From contig SMSO01000031.1 of NCBI GenBank assembly GCA_004764695.1, positions 1,092,436 through 1,156,435 of the forward strand: a stretch of DNA of 64,000 bases, given 5' to 3'. Below are positions 34,002 to 46,518 of the stretch, piece after piece. A model generated the notes under the pieces. That model made no database searches, was not told the origin of the DNA, and was given only the letters and a program-made list of their open reading frames with translations. This DNA comes from Schizochytrium sp. TIO01. Taxonomy: Eukaryota; Protista; Bigyra: Labyrinthulomycetes. Position 1 is the first letter of the stretch; every line of letters begins with the position of its first letter. The translations under genes were made by a program, and so were the position numbers.

Positions 34002-35894
34002 TCACTAGTCGAACAGAGACGAATTTAGATTGCCTCAAACGAGCACGCCAAGGTTTACACGCTGCGCCAACCTTTTGGATTGCTGGCTATAGTTTTCTTA
34101 GCTGTTGTGCTCTAATGTTCTGGCTTGGGATGTGTAAATTGGTGTAAAAAATTAATTGTATTCCCACCGCGTGGCAGTCTCCAATGCAAAGCGAGAAGAT
34201 GTGCTGTATAATTCCAACCAACCCAGCAATACGAGTTTCTCGTTTTGTTTCTCTAGTGCTTCTTCTTCTCACAGGTGCACTGGGCGAGCGACTTCAACAA
34301 ATCTCCTCTTGCCCGATTTTCTGTAGAAGCAAACGGTTTAGAGCCGCCGTTTCCGCCCTGGGAAGTCTTGACAAACAAAGTGACGCACGACGTCCGCTTG
34401 GCGTGCAAGAGCCTTTTCTGTGCCAGTTCTGACTTTGCTGGGGAGCGTTTTCTTCTTCAAAGCCGAGCACAATGCCTCCTTTGCCTGCTCTCTGGAGCTG
34501 TTCCGGTGACTCTGGAATTAGCCCGTCTGAGGACAAGTCTGCTCTGCCTAGCACTTTGGTATAGGTCAGTAGGGCTTTCTCTACCACTGTTGCTGTGCAG
34601 TGCTGTTCTCTACAGCACGCTTTCTCCTCGATATCGAGGCCGTCGTCGCTATTGATGAGTGGCCTGGTTGCAAGGCTGCGAGTTTGGGGTTTGCCCAAGG
34701 GTGATCAAACGGCCGGTGGCTCGTCTGTCGAAGTAGGGTCCGCTCACTATTGAGGATTTGCCTGCCGGGCGAGCAGCCCTGTGAAAGAGTGAGTTCCCAT
34801 CGGAACCCTCGATTTCTTTTGCTTTTTATCTTTTACTTTTTATTTTATTTAAAAATAATAGTTATAAAATATTTAATTTTAGAAAAAGGGAATTGTTCCA
34901 CATCCAAGTTGACTTTATCAATTTATTTATAGTAGTTACTATGGTTAAGAATATATACAATAAGTACTCTGAAAGTATTTGTAAAATATTAGAATGAAGA
35001 ATTAAAGGGAAAAAAGAAAGAAAGAAGAAAGGAAGGAAGGGGAAGATGTATCGCGAGCCTGAGAGAAATGGAATTTCTCGCAACTCCTATGTTCTGAAAC
35101 CATGATGTCTTGATCAAAGAGAAGACAAGGCCAGCTGCGGCATCAGAATGAGGCATGTTTGTCTTCCAAGCCAAGCGACATGTGCTCACCTGAAAGGCAC
35201 AGAGATGACGCATAGCTACCTACCTTCGTACCTACCTACGTACCTAGTTTAAAAAAACCAAATAACATTTTATTTATATATATATTTTATTTTAATTAAA
35301 AAATATATATATTAAATTGTAAAACCCCAAAAGCTAAAACTTTTGAACTCGTAAAATAAAATAATAACATAACAAAATAACAGCGAGCAAGGATGTGAAG
35401 GTGTTTTCAGTGGAGTGAACACGCGCCTGCCGCGGCCTCTTAAACTTGCTCTTCACAAGCTCTTAGCGAACTAGTGCTCCAATAGTATATCATTATGTCT
35501 AGGGTAACAACGATGCGTTGAGTGGCTCTATCTCCCTACCTCTGTATCTATCTATGCAATTCTCTAAATAGGTAAGTATGTATTCTCTAATCAGGTAAGT
35601 GAGAAAGAAAGTAAGTAAGTAACAGTTGGGTGCAACTTGGACTTTCTCTGTTTTAGTCAGCATTGCCGGGGATGATCTCTCTTGTATTCTTCAATATCTT
35701 GAATTATCATCATATCATCACCCCAAAGAAGACTGAGCGTAGGCGATTGAGTGTTGAAACTTCTTCCGAGTCTTTCTGAGTGCCGTGTGCTGTTTGATGA
35801 ACGAGTGATTGATTGGTTGGGTTCGTCTCCACGGAAGGATCCGAGTCTCTGGAAGTTTGAGGCCTCAGGCCAAGGACGCGGCGAAGGCTACTAA

Positions 35895-35918
35895 CATCAT
35901 CATCATCATCATCATGAT

Positions 35919-35963
<45 letters not shown>
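35895..35963. repeat. compound (CAT)7-(CAG)15 microsatellite, apparently non-coding
   Basis: Read directly. No long ORF covers it. Confidence 0.9.
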
Positions 35964-35966
<3 letters not shown>

Positions 35967-37314
35967 GTTGAAATTAACTTCTTGAACAACAGTATCATAA
36001 GTAGCTAGCTAGCTCCTGTGTCAATTAATTCGATTGGTCCTGTGCCAGCACGTTGGAATTCCACATCCGTGTCTTGGAAAATAGTTGTAGCCCTATGATT
36101 CAACAATTCAAGTTGATTGCAGCTGCTTCCATTTAGCGCCTAGCCTGTTTGCACAGTCTACGCAGAAGGATAGTCGCACCTTGAGCTTCCTAATGAAATG
36201 ATTGGAAATTTCTGATCCATGTGCAACCTCAGCTTCATTCACTAATTCGTTCATCCAATCATTCATTTTCTCAACGGGTTTCCAGGTTCTTGAAGATTGT
36301 GGAGTGCGTGCATTTACATCCATCCCCCTCAAACTAACTTCGAAGACCACGAGTGTTCAATGGATTATCTCTTTAGTGGCCTGCAGGTCAACACTTAGTT
36401 CATTGCCCTGCAGGCCTTGCTTGGCTTGAGCACGGGCGTAAGGAAGGAGCAACTTAAGAGAGGCTCGTCCGCAGCGCCCACAGTGAGCACAGCGGTGTCG
36501 TCAAAGTTCTCCCTTCGCAAAGCGCGATGCCCTTTTGGTGTCTTTCAAACAGCGGTGTCTGCGGGCGGAGCTACAACGCTTATCTCTGAGTTCACTAGCT
36601 CCTCACACAGAGGGCTGCGGGGGGGCCCCCTCTCTGCTACCGCTCCAAACAGCCGCCTTTTGCCCCCCAACAACGACACGCAGAGTTTTTCTGTTCCCCC
36701 TTTCTCAATTCCTCGGGCGGGAACGGAAAACAGCGACCAAGCGGCAGCAGCGCTCCGCAAGCTTGCAGGCAGGCAGGCAGGCAGGCAGGCAAGCAAGCAA
36801 GCAAGCAAGCTCGCTGAGCCTCCGCGGAAGCCGCTCACTGGCACCGCTGGAGTGGCCGCGTCGGCGTTGGCAGGGCCGCGCACGCCGGAGCGAGAGTCGA
36901 GCCTCGCGCCGCCTCCACGCCGTCCGTGCGCCGCCTCCCTGTGGGCCGTCGCAAGTAACCGGGACGAAGCGAGTACACACCTCTGCGAAAACGCCAACCA
37001 AAACTTGGCCACTCGGGGCCTCATTTCGATCACCAACGAGTGACCCTGCAGGCGGGATGCTGGAAAGGCAAGCTTCGCGTCTGCGTGGCGAGAGCAGGTC
37101 AGTGCGCTTTGGGGCAAGCCGCCCTTGCTCTTGCTCCTGCTCCTTCGAAGGCGCTGCTGTTCCAGCTTTCTGCGCCGATCCTGGCTGGCGTTCTCTTTGC
37201 TTTGCAAAATAAAACATAAATTGACGAGCGTGTTTGTGTGTTCTGCCTTCTGTAGGTGAATGTAAATAAGTACGTCAGTCAAAGCGATACTTACTCTCTT
37301 TTCGAAATCCAATC

Positions 37315-37368
37315 TGCCTTGCCTTGCCTTGCCTTGCCTTGCCTTGCCTTGCCTTGCCTTGCCTTGCC
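37315..37368. repeat. (CCTTG)n microsatellite
   Basis: Read directly. Confidence 0.95.
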
Positions 37369-37987
37369 GGTCCTGGTCCCGGGAGGTTGGGTCGTCCGTC
37401 TCCCTCCGGCTCAAGTCTCAGCGCGCCAGGGTACGAGGCGCATGGATCTCCAGAAGGAAGCCCACGTTTGTGTCTTTCGACGTTCGGCACATTGCCTAAG
37501 CTGGATTGGATTTGGCGTCGAGAGAGAAGTGGACTCAACCAAGTCACCTCAACTTAGTCACCTTCGCCACACCTCGATACCGGTAACCAATCTGTAATCT
37601 CTCGGAAGGCTGGAATGAATGCATGAATCGCAATGTCGACGTGCAAAGCTGCCAAGCCAAGGCGATCTTAGGCCCCGGAAGCGAAACGAATCCCAGAAGA
37701 GAAGGCGACTTTGGGCGTTTCCTCTCGTTTCGTTTCCTTTCGTTTCGCGTTAAGCGCGAGGAGTCTCGTTTGTTTGCGAAGACTGACCAAGGAAGGCTGT
37801 ACGCCAAGTTGACTTTCTCGACTCACTTATTTATTTATTTATTTATTTAATTCCAGGCAGGCTTTGGATCCTCTCGCCGCGGGTCTTGGCTTGAGACCAA
37901 CGCGAAGAGCCTCGAGCTGGCCAGCTTCGTCCTCGTCTGGGCGAAACGACGCCACTGTTCCTGATTGGATTGCCTTCGCTGTTTTGT

Positions 37988-38080
37988 CATACATACATAC
38001 ATACATACATACATACATACATACATACATACATACATACATACATACATACATACATACATACATACATACATACATAC
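37988..38080. repeat. (CATA)n microsatellite, ~23 units
   Basis: Read directly. Confidence 0.95.
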
Positions 38081-39958
38081 ACAATAATGTCCATCGCACG
38101 ACTCGAAAGGGAGAAAAAGGGAAAAGGATCAGATCAAGAGGAAGAAAATCTCTTTTAAGCACTTTTTTCCTTCTGTGAGAAAGAGAAGAGACTGAAAATT
38201 AAACATAATGAAACCTCGAGGGAAGAAAAGACGTCACTCCATGCCCCACGTGTACTGCGTGTACTGCGTGCTATGAGGCGTAAAGGTACGCTTCTCAAGC
38301 CCAAGGCCATTGCAGAGTCGAGGATGTTGCGCTTGGCGGTAGCCAATCGTGGTCTCGCCGGTACTTGTGCCGTCGGAACTTCAATCTACCTACCTCTCTC
38401 CACAACGTTTTGCTCAACACGGTTCACCAGTAATTTGTTTATGTTTATTATATTAAAAAAATCAAAAAATTAAAAAAGAAACGAAAAAGTAGAAATAGAT
38501 ATTTATTAAGAAGAATACTAAATAGAACGACATTTTTGTTACAATAATAATAATAATAATAAAAATAATAAAGTGAAACGTATGCACCCCAAGTCTATAA
38601 AACTCAGGCACGATGAGCGCAATAACCCAAGAGCTGCAGCATCGAGCTGCTGCGTGTGTCTGTCGTTGGCCTCTACGCACACATCTTTGCCAGGAAGTAC
38701 GTCGCATTTCTCCATTTCTTCGAAGAAAGAAATAATCATCACCCATAAAAGTCATTCTACCTACAAAAACAACAAGTTGCAAAACAAAACAAAACAAAAC
38801 AAAACAAAACAAAACAAAACAAAATAAATAAATAAATAAATTAATTAATTAATTAATTAATTAAAGAGCGACGAATGTGCTAAGGGAAGGGAATGATAGC
38901 AGGTAGGCACGTACTACCTATCTTGAACCAAAGAACGGGTGCGATTTGGGGAATCAACTACCGAACGGAGTTCTTGTACCTGGCCATAGCTGCCTTTTAC
39001 CGAGTGAGGTTCCTCCTTCCGCTGGAACTTGGCCCCTTGCGAGGGTCGGGGCTGCTTCTGCGCACCTGCGGACGGCCTTCTTTCGCACTCGAGCGAGGGA
39101 CGGGGTACAGTGAAAGGCCGCTCGCCATTTGCCAGAATCGACCAGAGTCGGAGCTCTTTTCGAGTGGTCAGTCATTGGCGAACCACCGGTGTCTTCTTGC
39201 AAAGCACGCCGCCACTGCATACCTGCATGCAGCCAATGCAAAGCAATGCAAAGCAATGCAATGCAATGCAATGCAGTGCAATGCAATGCAATGCAGCTTT
39301 GGCGACCACATCTGATCAATCGTGCATACCCATCGAGACAGATGGCGAGATTCGTTGTGCGGGTGAACCTGAGATTTATTTGGTCGGTTGCACGCACGCA
39401 TGGTGGGCCAATGGAATCTACAACGGTGCTCCACTGCAGAGTCAGAGACATGTAGAACGACGTGTAGAATGAATGAGTGAACGACATGTAGAGTGAGTGA
39501 ATGAATGCGCGAATGAATGGATGCGCGAATGAATGAATGAATGAGTGTGAGCGAACGAGAGTTGAATGGGTGAGCTCATTCTGGCACCAAGCTCGACGCG
39601 GCGGCCAGCGTGGCCACGTTCGGGAACAGGCCCTCGGCAAGGCCTGCGCACAACGAGCGAGCGATGCTGCTGGCAAGTAAGTAAGTAGCTTCGCTGGGTG
39701 AACGAGTGAATGGCCCTTCGGGAGGCCCAAGTCGAACGTCCTCGATCCCAGGGCTGCGAGATTCCATCTCGTTTCGAGTGTGGCTGTCACGTGTGGTACG
39801 TGCCAGCTTCTACGTGAGCAGCCCCAAGCCCATACTCACGCCCACTAGCGCTTCGGCTAGCGCCTGGGAGCCCGTCCTTCCAGCCCACGTGTGCGATCGT
39901 CCTCGATGGAGGAAGGCGGCCATCGCGAGAGCCACGATGCCCTCGAGTTAACCTGAGT

Positions 39959-39992
<34 letters not shown>

Positions 39993-40684
39993 GACAGCAG
40001 AAATAGCAGAAGCGGTGGCAGCAGCAGTGGCACTCGAAGCAGAGCTAGAGCGGCCCGCCCGGAGGAACTGGGTGTCGATGGCGGCGGCTCGATATGCACA
40101 GAAGGGCTCAGGACTTTGTTTGGCACAGTAGCGGGCACTAGCTATGCAGCTAGCAGTCATCTACCAGGCAACTAATCAAGTTTACACTAAGGCTGAGAGC
40201 GGTGCCATTTCTAAGTTGGCGATGGATGCGGAATGATGAGACAGAAAACTAACTATCTATTGATTGATTGCTGTGAGATTCGGGCGACGATGAATTCATG
40301 TGCAGGAGCGAAGTTCAGGTTTGCCTGAAACCGCGATGGTAACAGGCAGGCTCACCAGAGGGAACAGGACTGCCAAGGTATTGGTAGAAGGAGGAGTTAG
40401 CACCCCGTTGTGCTTTTCTTTGGCCGAGGAGAAGGAAGAAGTAGGAGAGAACGGACAGAATTGGCTCAGAAAGCTCTAAAGGCAATAGAGACTACTGGCC
40501 TCAACTTCTTCTTATTACTCTTATTCTTATTACCAAAACATACCTCTTCTTCTTCTTCTTGGACCTGTTGAGCTTGCGGTAAGGAAGTAAGCAAGTCAGT
40601 AAGACTGCGTCTGCATACTTGGAGTGTACGAGAATGGCTGCGAGTTGGTTGTTGTAGTGTATTTTATTTTCTTGTCTTTAGCAA

Positions 40685-40725
<41 letters not shown>

Positions 40726-43305
40726 AAATTTAAATAAATATAAACAAATTGAATATAAATTAAAACTAAATTTATTTTAAAATCTTAAAGTAGACTTTTA
40801 GTTTTAAAGTAAAAGATAATATATTAACAGGAATTTATTCTAAATGATATGAATACATTATTAGTATTATGTATAATTCGATTTGAGCGAAGCGCCTGCA
40901 AGATGGATAGTTGATATGGTAAGAGTAGCTCAGAAAAGTTAGTGAAGTTGCCTGCTTCAAGTCAGGGAGATCTTCAGAAGTAGTGCAGTCAGGTCGCCGC
41001 GTGCCGGTGCAGACGTGCATAATGGTCCGGACCGCTGTAGCGAAGAAATGTCACAGTCTCTGAAAAGCTCGCTTCGAGATTTTGCGGGCGAAGCTTTCTT
41101 ACAAGCCTGCCCTGAGTGCGCAATTTCTTACAGATGAATCACTTCGCTTCATTTTCGCAGAGTTGCTGTTGCCTACGTCAGTACTGCTGACACCATCGAT
41201 GCAAACTCAACTTCCTACTCAAAACCAGATAGTCGATAGATCAGTTTAATTTTAGCACTAGTAACAGGAGACAAAACCGAGTCCTTGGGTATTGAGCTGA
41301 GAGGTGGGAAAAAGTCGTCCAAGAAGATCGTGGTCCATCAAAATCAAAGCCAAACGGCACAGCAAGAAAACATAACTTCATTGTTCAGCAGAGAAGATCG
41401 CCTCAGCTTCGCGTGCCATTCATTCTCTATATTTTGTCAGGGGGTGAGCCAACGGCAATGGATGCAAGGAATTTTAAAGATCGTGTGGCTTTGAAAGGAT
41501 CTCGAAGTCATGGCTTAATGCATTCCCCGTACGTTGTATACATGCGAGGAGATACGAACGATACTTTGGAGCAATGGTGGCTGGTCTTGATCAAGAAGAT
41601 TTGGTCTCGCCCAAGCCAATGCCCCAATTTTGGCGCGAAGTTTCGTGAGCTGGAATTCGTATGTCTTTCATTATTGTTTCAACATAGTTCTTGGGAGTTG
41701 ACCTATAATATCAAGGTATGCTTTTATGCTTAACGAGCCTGATATACGTGTTACGAATGTTGTGAGACTGTAGATTTGAAATATAATATTTGCTCGACAA
41801 AATTTGATCAAGTTCGGTATTCCAAACGATGCTTTTGAGAACAAAATATATGTTATCCTGGTCTACACTAGAATGCTCATGGGACCGCAGCGAAACCAAA
41901 TTAACGAGGAAGCTCACTAATTAAATTAGACATGGCATTGCCTGGCAAGCGAAGCGTGTGATGAATGTTTTTGCTCTTCTGTTTAATTCATAAATGTATG
42001 CACTAAACATTTAAAAAAAACTACACAAAACCGTAATGCTTTAGTTCGGTTTAAAGTGTTGTTTTGCTCAAACTTAAGTCTCTTAGTGTTGAAATTTTGA
42101 AGTCATATCAAACACTATAAATTTGACTACGTTGTTGTTAACGTCCTAGTGGGCAAACGGTTGGGAGAATCCGGGCCGGCAATTTGGAATTCAAAGAGTT
42201 TTCAACAAACAATCGCAAAAAGAATACTTAGAATTATTCTTCTTTCAAAGTCAGCACTTGAGGATTTGATATGTAATTGTCAAAACAGAGTGAAATGCGC
42301 CATGTTCGATCATGTCAACAGCTTAATGTCCAAGAAAGCTCCAATGCAGCATCGTGACGTGTCTCGCCAGACTAGTTGTCCTCAGCAGCCAGCTCAGTTC
42401 TGAACTATAATAAGAGTAGGAAACTAAACTCATGAGAAAAGGTAGTAGACCACCAACTGATCGAGCAGTCTTCAATCCTACTACTAAATTGAAAGTTGTT
42501 TCTTGTCGGGGGAATTATTATGCCCGTGGCACCTCCTTTTCGCAAGATGTATGGTGTCGCAACCGTCAGCATTGCGATGTCATGACCACCAGCAATTTCA
42601 AGTTGGTACTAGCCTCCAGCACAGAACAACCCGTCCGCCGCGCCAGCGTCTTGGAAACAATACCCGGCAGTTCGTCTTCTACCAAATTATGTACTACTCC
42701 ACGACATTCATCGATCCCGCATTCCCCTTTCCAAGAGCCCGATGATCATCACTCATTCCCCAGCAAGTAAATTCCACTCCTCGGCTCACCATAGCATAGC
42801 ATAGCTCTTCTTGTGTCCTCTCACCGTCAGAAACAGAAACAGAGCCACAAACCTACAAAATTCTACAGAACTTCCATGTTTTTATATCGTGCTCAATGTC
42901 CCACGCATCCCAAGCTGCTCCACGACACGATTTCATGATTTCATGAGCAGCTATGTAGGAAGGAGTGGACTTCGAGTTTCAATGAATTATAAGTAACAAA
43001 GAGAAGGAGGAAAAAAATGCAAGAGAAAAGAGAAACCGCTAGAAGAAGTTTAGCATCGTTACATAATAAACAGTTTCATATTCTTGAAAGTTGGATGATT
43101 TCTTTCTTTTCTGATATTTTAATTGGCGCGTAGTTTCGCGCTCTCGAGGCCGCAGACCGCCGGACACGAGAAGGTCTGCGGCCCCTTAATCGACACTGCG
43201 GATTACAACACTGCAAGGTCTGTTCACTTACCACCCTTGTGGCCCTCGCGGCGGTCTGAGGCGTGGGTCAGCGATTAGGGGGCCGAGATCGTCCTTGATT
43301 CCGCC

Positions 43306-45538
43306 ATGAAAAGCTCTGGCTTGGGGTCTGAAAACGCAAACAAAGTGGATACAGAAGAGCTCGAAGGAGAAACTTCGGACGAAGAAGACAATTGCACGAT
43401 GCCTCAGTTACTTTCCAGAGCGGCCGCAGCTGCATTTTCGCGTAGCTCTAGACTCTTCGCAGCGCCCGGCGCTAAAACTTCAGCTCCTTCATCATCATCA
43501 TCATCGTCGTCTTCTTCGTCTTCTTCTTCTTCTTCTTCTTCATCTTCTTTTTTATCGCCTTCTGTATTGTTTTTACCCTCATCAAGGTCAGTTTCACAAT
43601 TTCTGACTAGACAAAAACAGACTACTCCTGTTTTAACGAGTATGGAGGCGAGGAGCACAAGTTCTTCTGGGAGTGTGGATTCTAAGAGTTTGGATTCCAG
43701 GAAACGAAGTACTACGGAACCAACCTCGAGTGCAGTTTTGAGTACAGCAGATATTACTTCCAGGACCGAAAAGGTTCCTATAATGGGGAAGAGAGGATCC
43801 TCCAGGATCGAGCGGTCTTCGGAAGATGAGTTTGATCAGCAGCAGAGTTCTAAGCGTAAGCGGCGAAAGCGTCCTGCATTGGAGGCTCCTGCTCCAGAGG
43901 TACGCAAGGATGCTCTGACCGGCATTCAAGGAAACGCAGGGTGTTTCCCTTCTTCGTTTTCTGGATCATTATCGTCCTCCTCCTCCGTCGTCGTCGTCGC
44001 CATCACCAGCAAGGGCGGCAGTGACAACATCTTCAACAAGAAAAACCAGAAAAAGGCACCATGACGTAGATCAAGATCAGAGAATTTCAGACGAACGTGA
44101 GTTGCAATCCAAGTCATCTATTGTCAATCTCTATCCTTTACCGAATGTATTGTCTACAAGAGGTGCATATGACCCAGAGGGATTATCAGAAGCATCCCGC
44201 CCTCATCGGAAATCTACACGGCAAGATCGGGCGGTAAATTGTCATAGTCCACGTGTGAGCCAAGATGCAGCCGCGTTGATTCCTCCCAATCCATTTATTT
44301 TTCAAAAAAACTCACCTGCTGAGACTCGGGTAGAACATGCCCAAACACCATCAGCTGCGCCAGCTCAAAAGTCAAAAAAGCCTAGACCAGACCCGAGCGG
44401 AAGCACCGCCCTTCGGGAGGAAGTATGCGACCGCGATCTTATTGACTATGCTCTCTTTTGGGCCACTACGGAAGGAAAGTTTACGGTCGTGCAAGAAATT
44501 TTCAAGGAACCTAGATTGGACCCAGCGCGTGACAGATATGCCAGTCTTTGTATTGCTGCGCAAAATGGGCATTTAGATATTGTAGAATTCTTCTTACAAG
44601 ACGATCGGGTAGATCCAGCGGAGGCAACAAAGCGAGCCTTTCTTGCCGCTTTGCGCACAAATCAAACAAAAGTTCTCCAATATCTTTCATCCAACTATGA
44701 ACTAGCTGCAATAGACCCCAAGACTCTTCTGGAAAAGGCTCGTGAGAAATGCTCTCTTGGCGTGATTCAAGTTTTACTTGAACTTCCAAGCACAGATGTT
44801 TCAATCAAAGGCTATGCAGTGTTTAAAGAAGCCAAAAAGATGGAGAATATCAAGCTTTTAAAGCTACTTGTACAACATCGTACAGCACGCCTTGACGAGG
44901 TTCTGCGCTGTCTTGACTGCCATGATGAGAAAGTATCCAAACTTATGGATAGATTTTTTGACGAACTTGATGTTCAAGTTGAAACAGCTCATCAAATTCT
45001 TGAGCAAGGACACAGAATGCGTGGTTTCAAACGTAAAGCGGACGCTGACAGTGGGAAAACGTCCAAAAAAGATGCTCGCTCGGCTGCCATTATGTTACTC
45101 CCATCATCTTGCTTTACTCCTGATATTCAGGATGCGGAGAAGTTTCCAAGCTTCGTCACGACGGGCAATTTGTTGATATTTCGACAAGCCGGAGGTCTAG
45201 GTTTTGGCATTGGTCGGGCACTGTCTGATGGGAAATTTGGTTCTTCTGTGCAAGTGTTGCAATTCCATGCTCTCAATGACAAAGAAGGCGGTCCATTGAA
45301 ACCTCCCATTACCTTGGTGACTTCCTCTCCTTCTAAAAGGAAATCTAAGTCATCGTCGCGGCCTGCTATTGCTACCGAGGATGTGTCAATGAGTCGTGTC
45401 GTTCTATCTTGGAATCTTGATGGTTCTCCTTTCGAAAAGTGTAAGCTTACATTTAGTGTGCTAGAGAGCATGAGCGAGTGCCTAATAACTCCAGGAGACC
45501 CAGAAGAGGCCATCAAGGAGGTCGTGGTTTTAGAGTAG
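43306..45538 (+). CDS. ankyrin-repeat protein with a Ser-rich disordered N-terminus, split over two frames at ~43.9-44.0 kb
   Basis: Strong start context ccgccATG at 43306. The downstream frame, open from 43919, carries ankyrin repeats (ALFWATTEGKFTVVQEIF, SLCIAAQNGHLDIVEFFLQDDRVDPA) but has no ATG before them. Joining needs one frame change. Confidence 0.75.
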
Positions 45539-45624
45539 TTTACCACATACTAAACTAGTCTTGGGCTTTCTTTGATCTGCCCAAACTGCTTTTTCAAACA
45601 AACAAAAAAGTGTATAGAAAGAAA

Positions 45625-45648
45625 CCATCCAGACTATAGTCTGGATGG
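45625..45648. repeat. perfect 24-bp palindrome ccatccagacta|tagtctggatgg
   Basis: Exact reverse-complement symmetry, checked base by base. Confidence 0.95.
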
Positions 45649-46151
45649 ATGTGTGAGTTATGGAAAAGCTGTTGGTATTGTAAGCCGAGCATTGATCTCT
45701 ACGTGCTTGGCTACTGATAGAGCGCAAGAAGAAATGTATGCGTTCATATGAACGATTCCTCTGAAAGTAAATTTTATCATCTATGAGTTCAACAACACTA
45801 AAAAGCACTAAAGACGGCTAAACCTGATCGCTATTCTGTTCTGTGCCAAATAAAAGATCTCGTGGTATATAAATAACAGGCCTGTGTGATACCATTATCA
45901 TTACACGCGCCTGACCCCATGACTGTAATCAATTATGTGCTGCTCACAAATATATGATTTTTAAAAAGACATTAAAAGAAAATTGTTTCATTTGCACGAC
46001 CATTCGAAAACGTCTGCATGCTTTTATGTCCTAGCTGATCCTATTAATTGTTTAGAACTTATATAACATCCAAATGGTAGTGACTATTCCATATGAATAA
46101 TATAGTATAATTATTTAGGCCCTTGTTAAGCAGTGGAGGTTAAGGTAGAAA

Positions 46152-46518
46152 ATGGCATGGCCAAGGAACCACCAAGCTTCAAGCTCTACAAGTGAAACAA
46201 ACCTACAACACAAGCCAGTAAAGCAACTCAAACAGAAGTTTGGCGTCTCAGCAAATGCCATTTGGGTGCATAATCGCATAAACGTAAGTGCCAACGTTGA
46301 GCGCACTTTTTGTTGCGGTTTGTTCCGGCGGTTGCGAGCAACGCAGCACTGGCCTCACCATTATCTATGTCAGAGTGTCCTCGGCCAGCCAAAAGAGAAT
46401 TTCAAATGCCAGATCAGTGACCTTCGGCATGCCTATCCACACGCCACCGCCATCTAAAAAGACATCAGTAGAGGGGTCAACTTCAAAAAGGCCGGACTTG
46501 CGCGTCCTTCTGGACTAC
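46152..46518 (+). pseudogene. tnpA: IS607-family TnpA serine recombinase remnant (N-terminal part)
   Basis: Frame-stitched translation: HKPVKQLKQKFGVSANAI (MerR-like HTH) ... TIIYVRVSSASQK / ENFKCQISDLRHAYPHATAI*KDISRGVNFKKAGL / RVLLD. It follows the IS607 pattern YxRVSSxxQKxDLxRQ...YP...KDIGSGxNxKRxGL. The catalytic Ser codon is at 46378-46380. Confidence 0.88.

Noticed and set aside
36417-37597. Several 110-290 aa overlapping ORFs on both strands
   Set aside because: GC-rich and microsatellite-driven (QAGR, QGKAR, CLALP repeats), non-ATG starts and no domain signal.
38954-39790. 278-aa minus-strand ORF
   Set aside because: Built from (ATGCA)n and (GAAT)n repeats, with no recognisable motifs.
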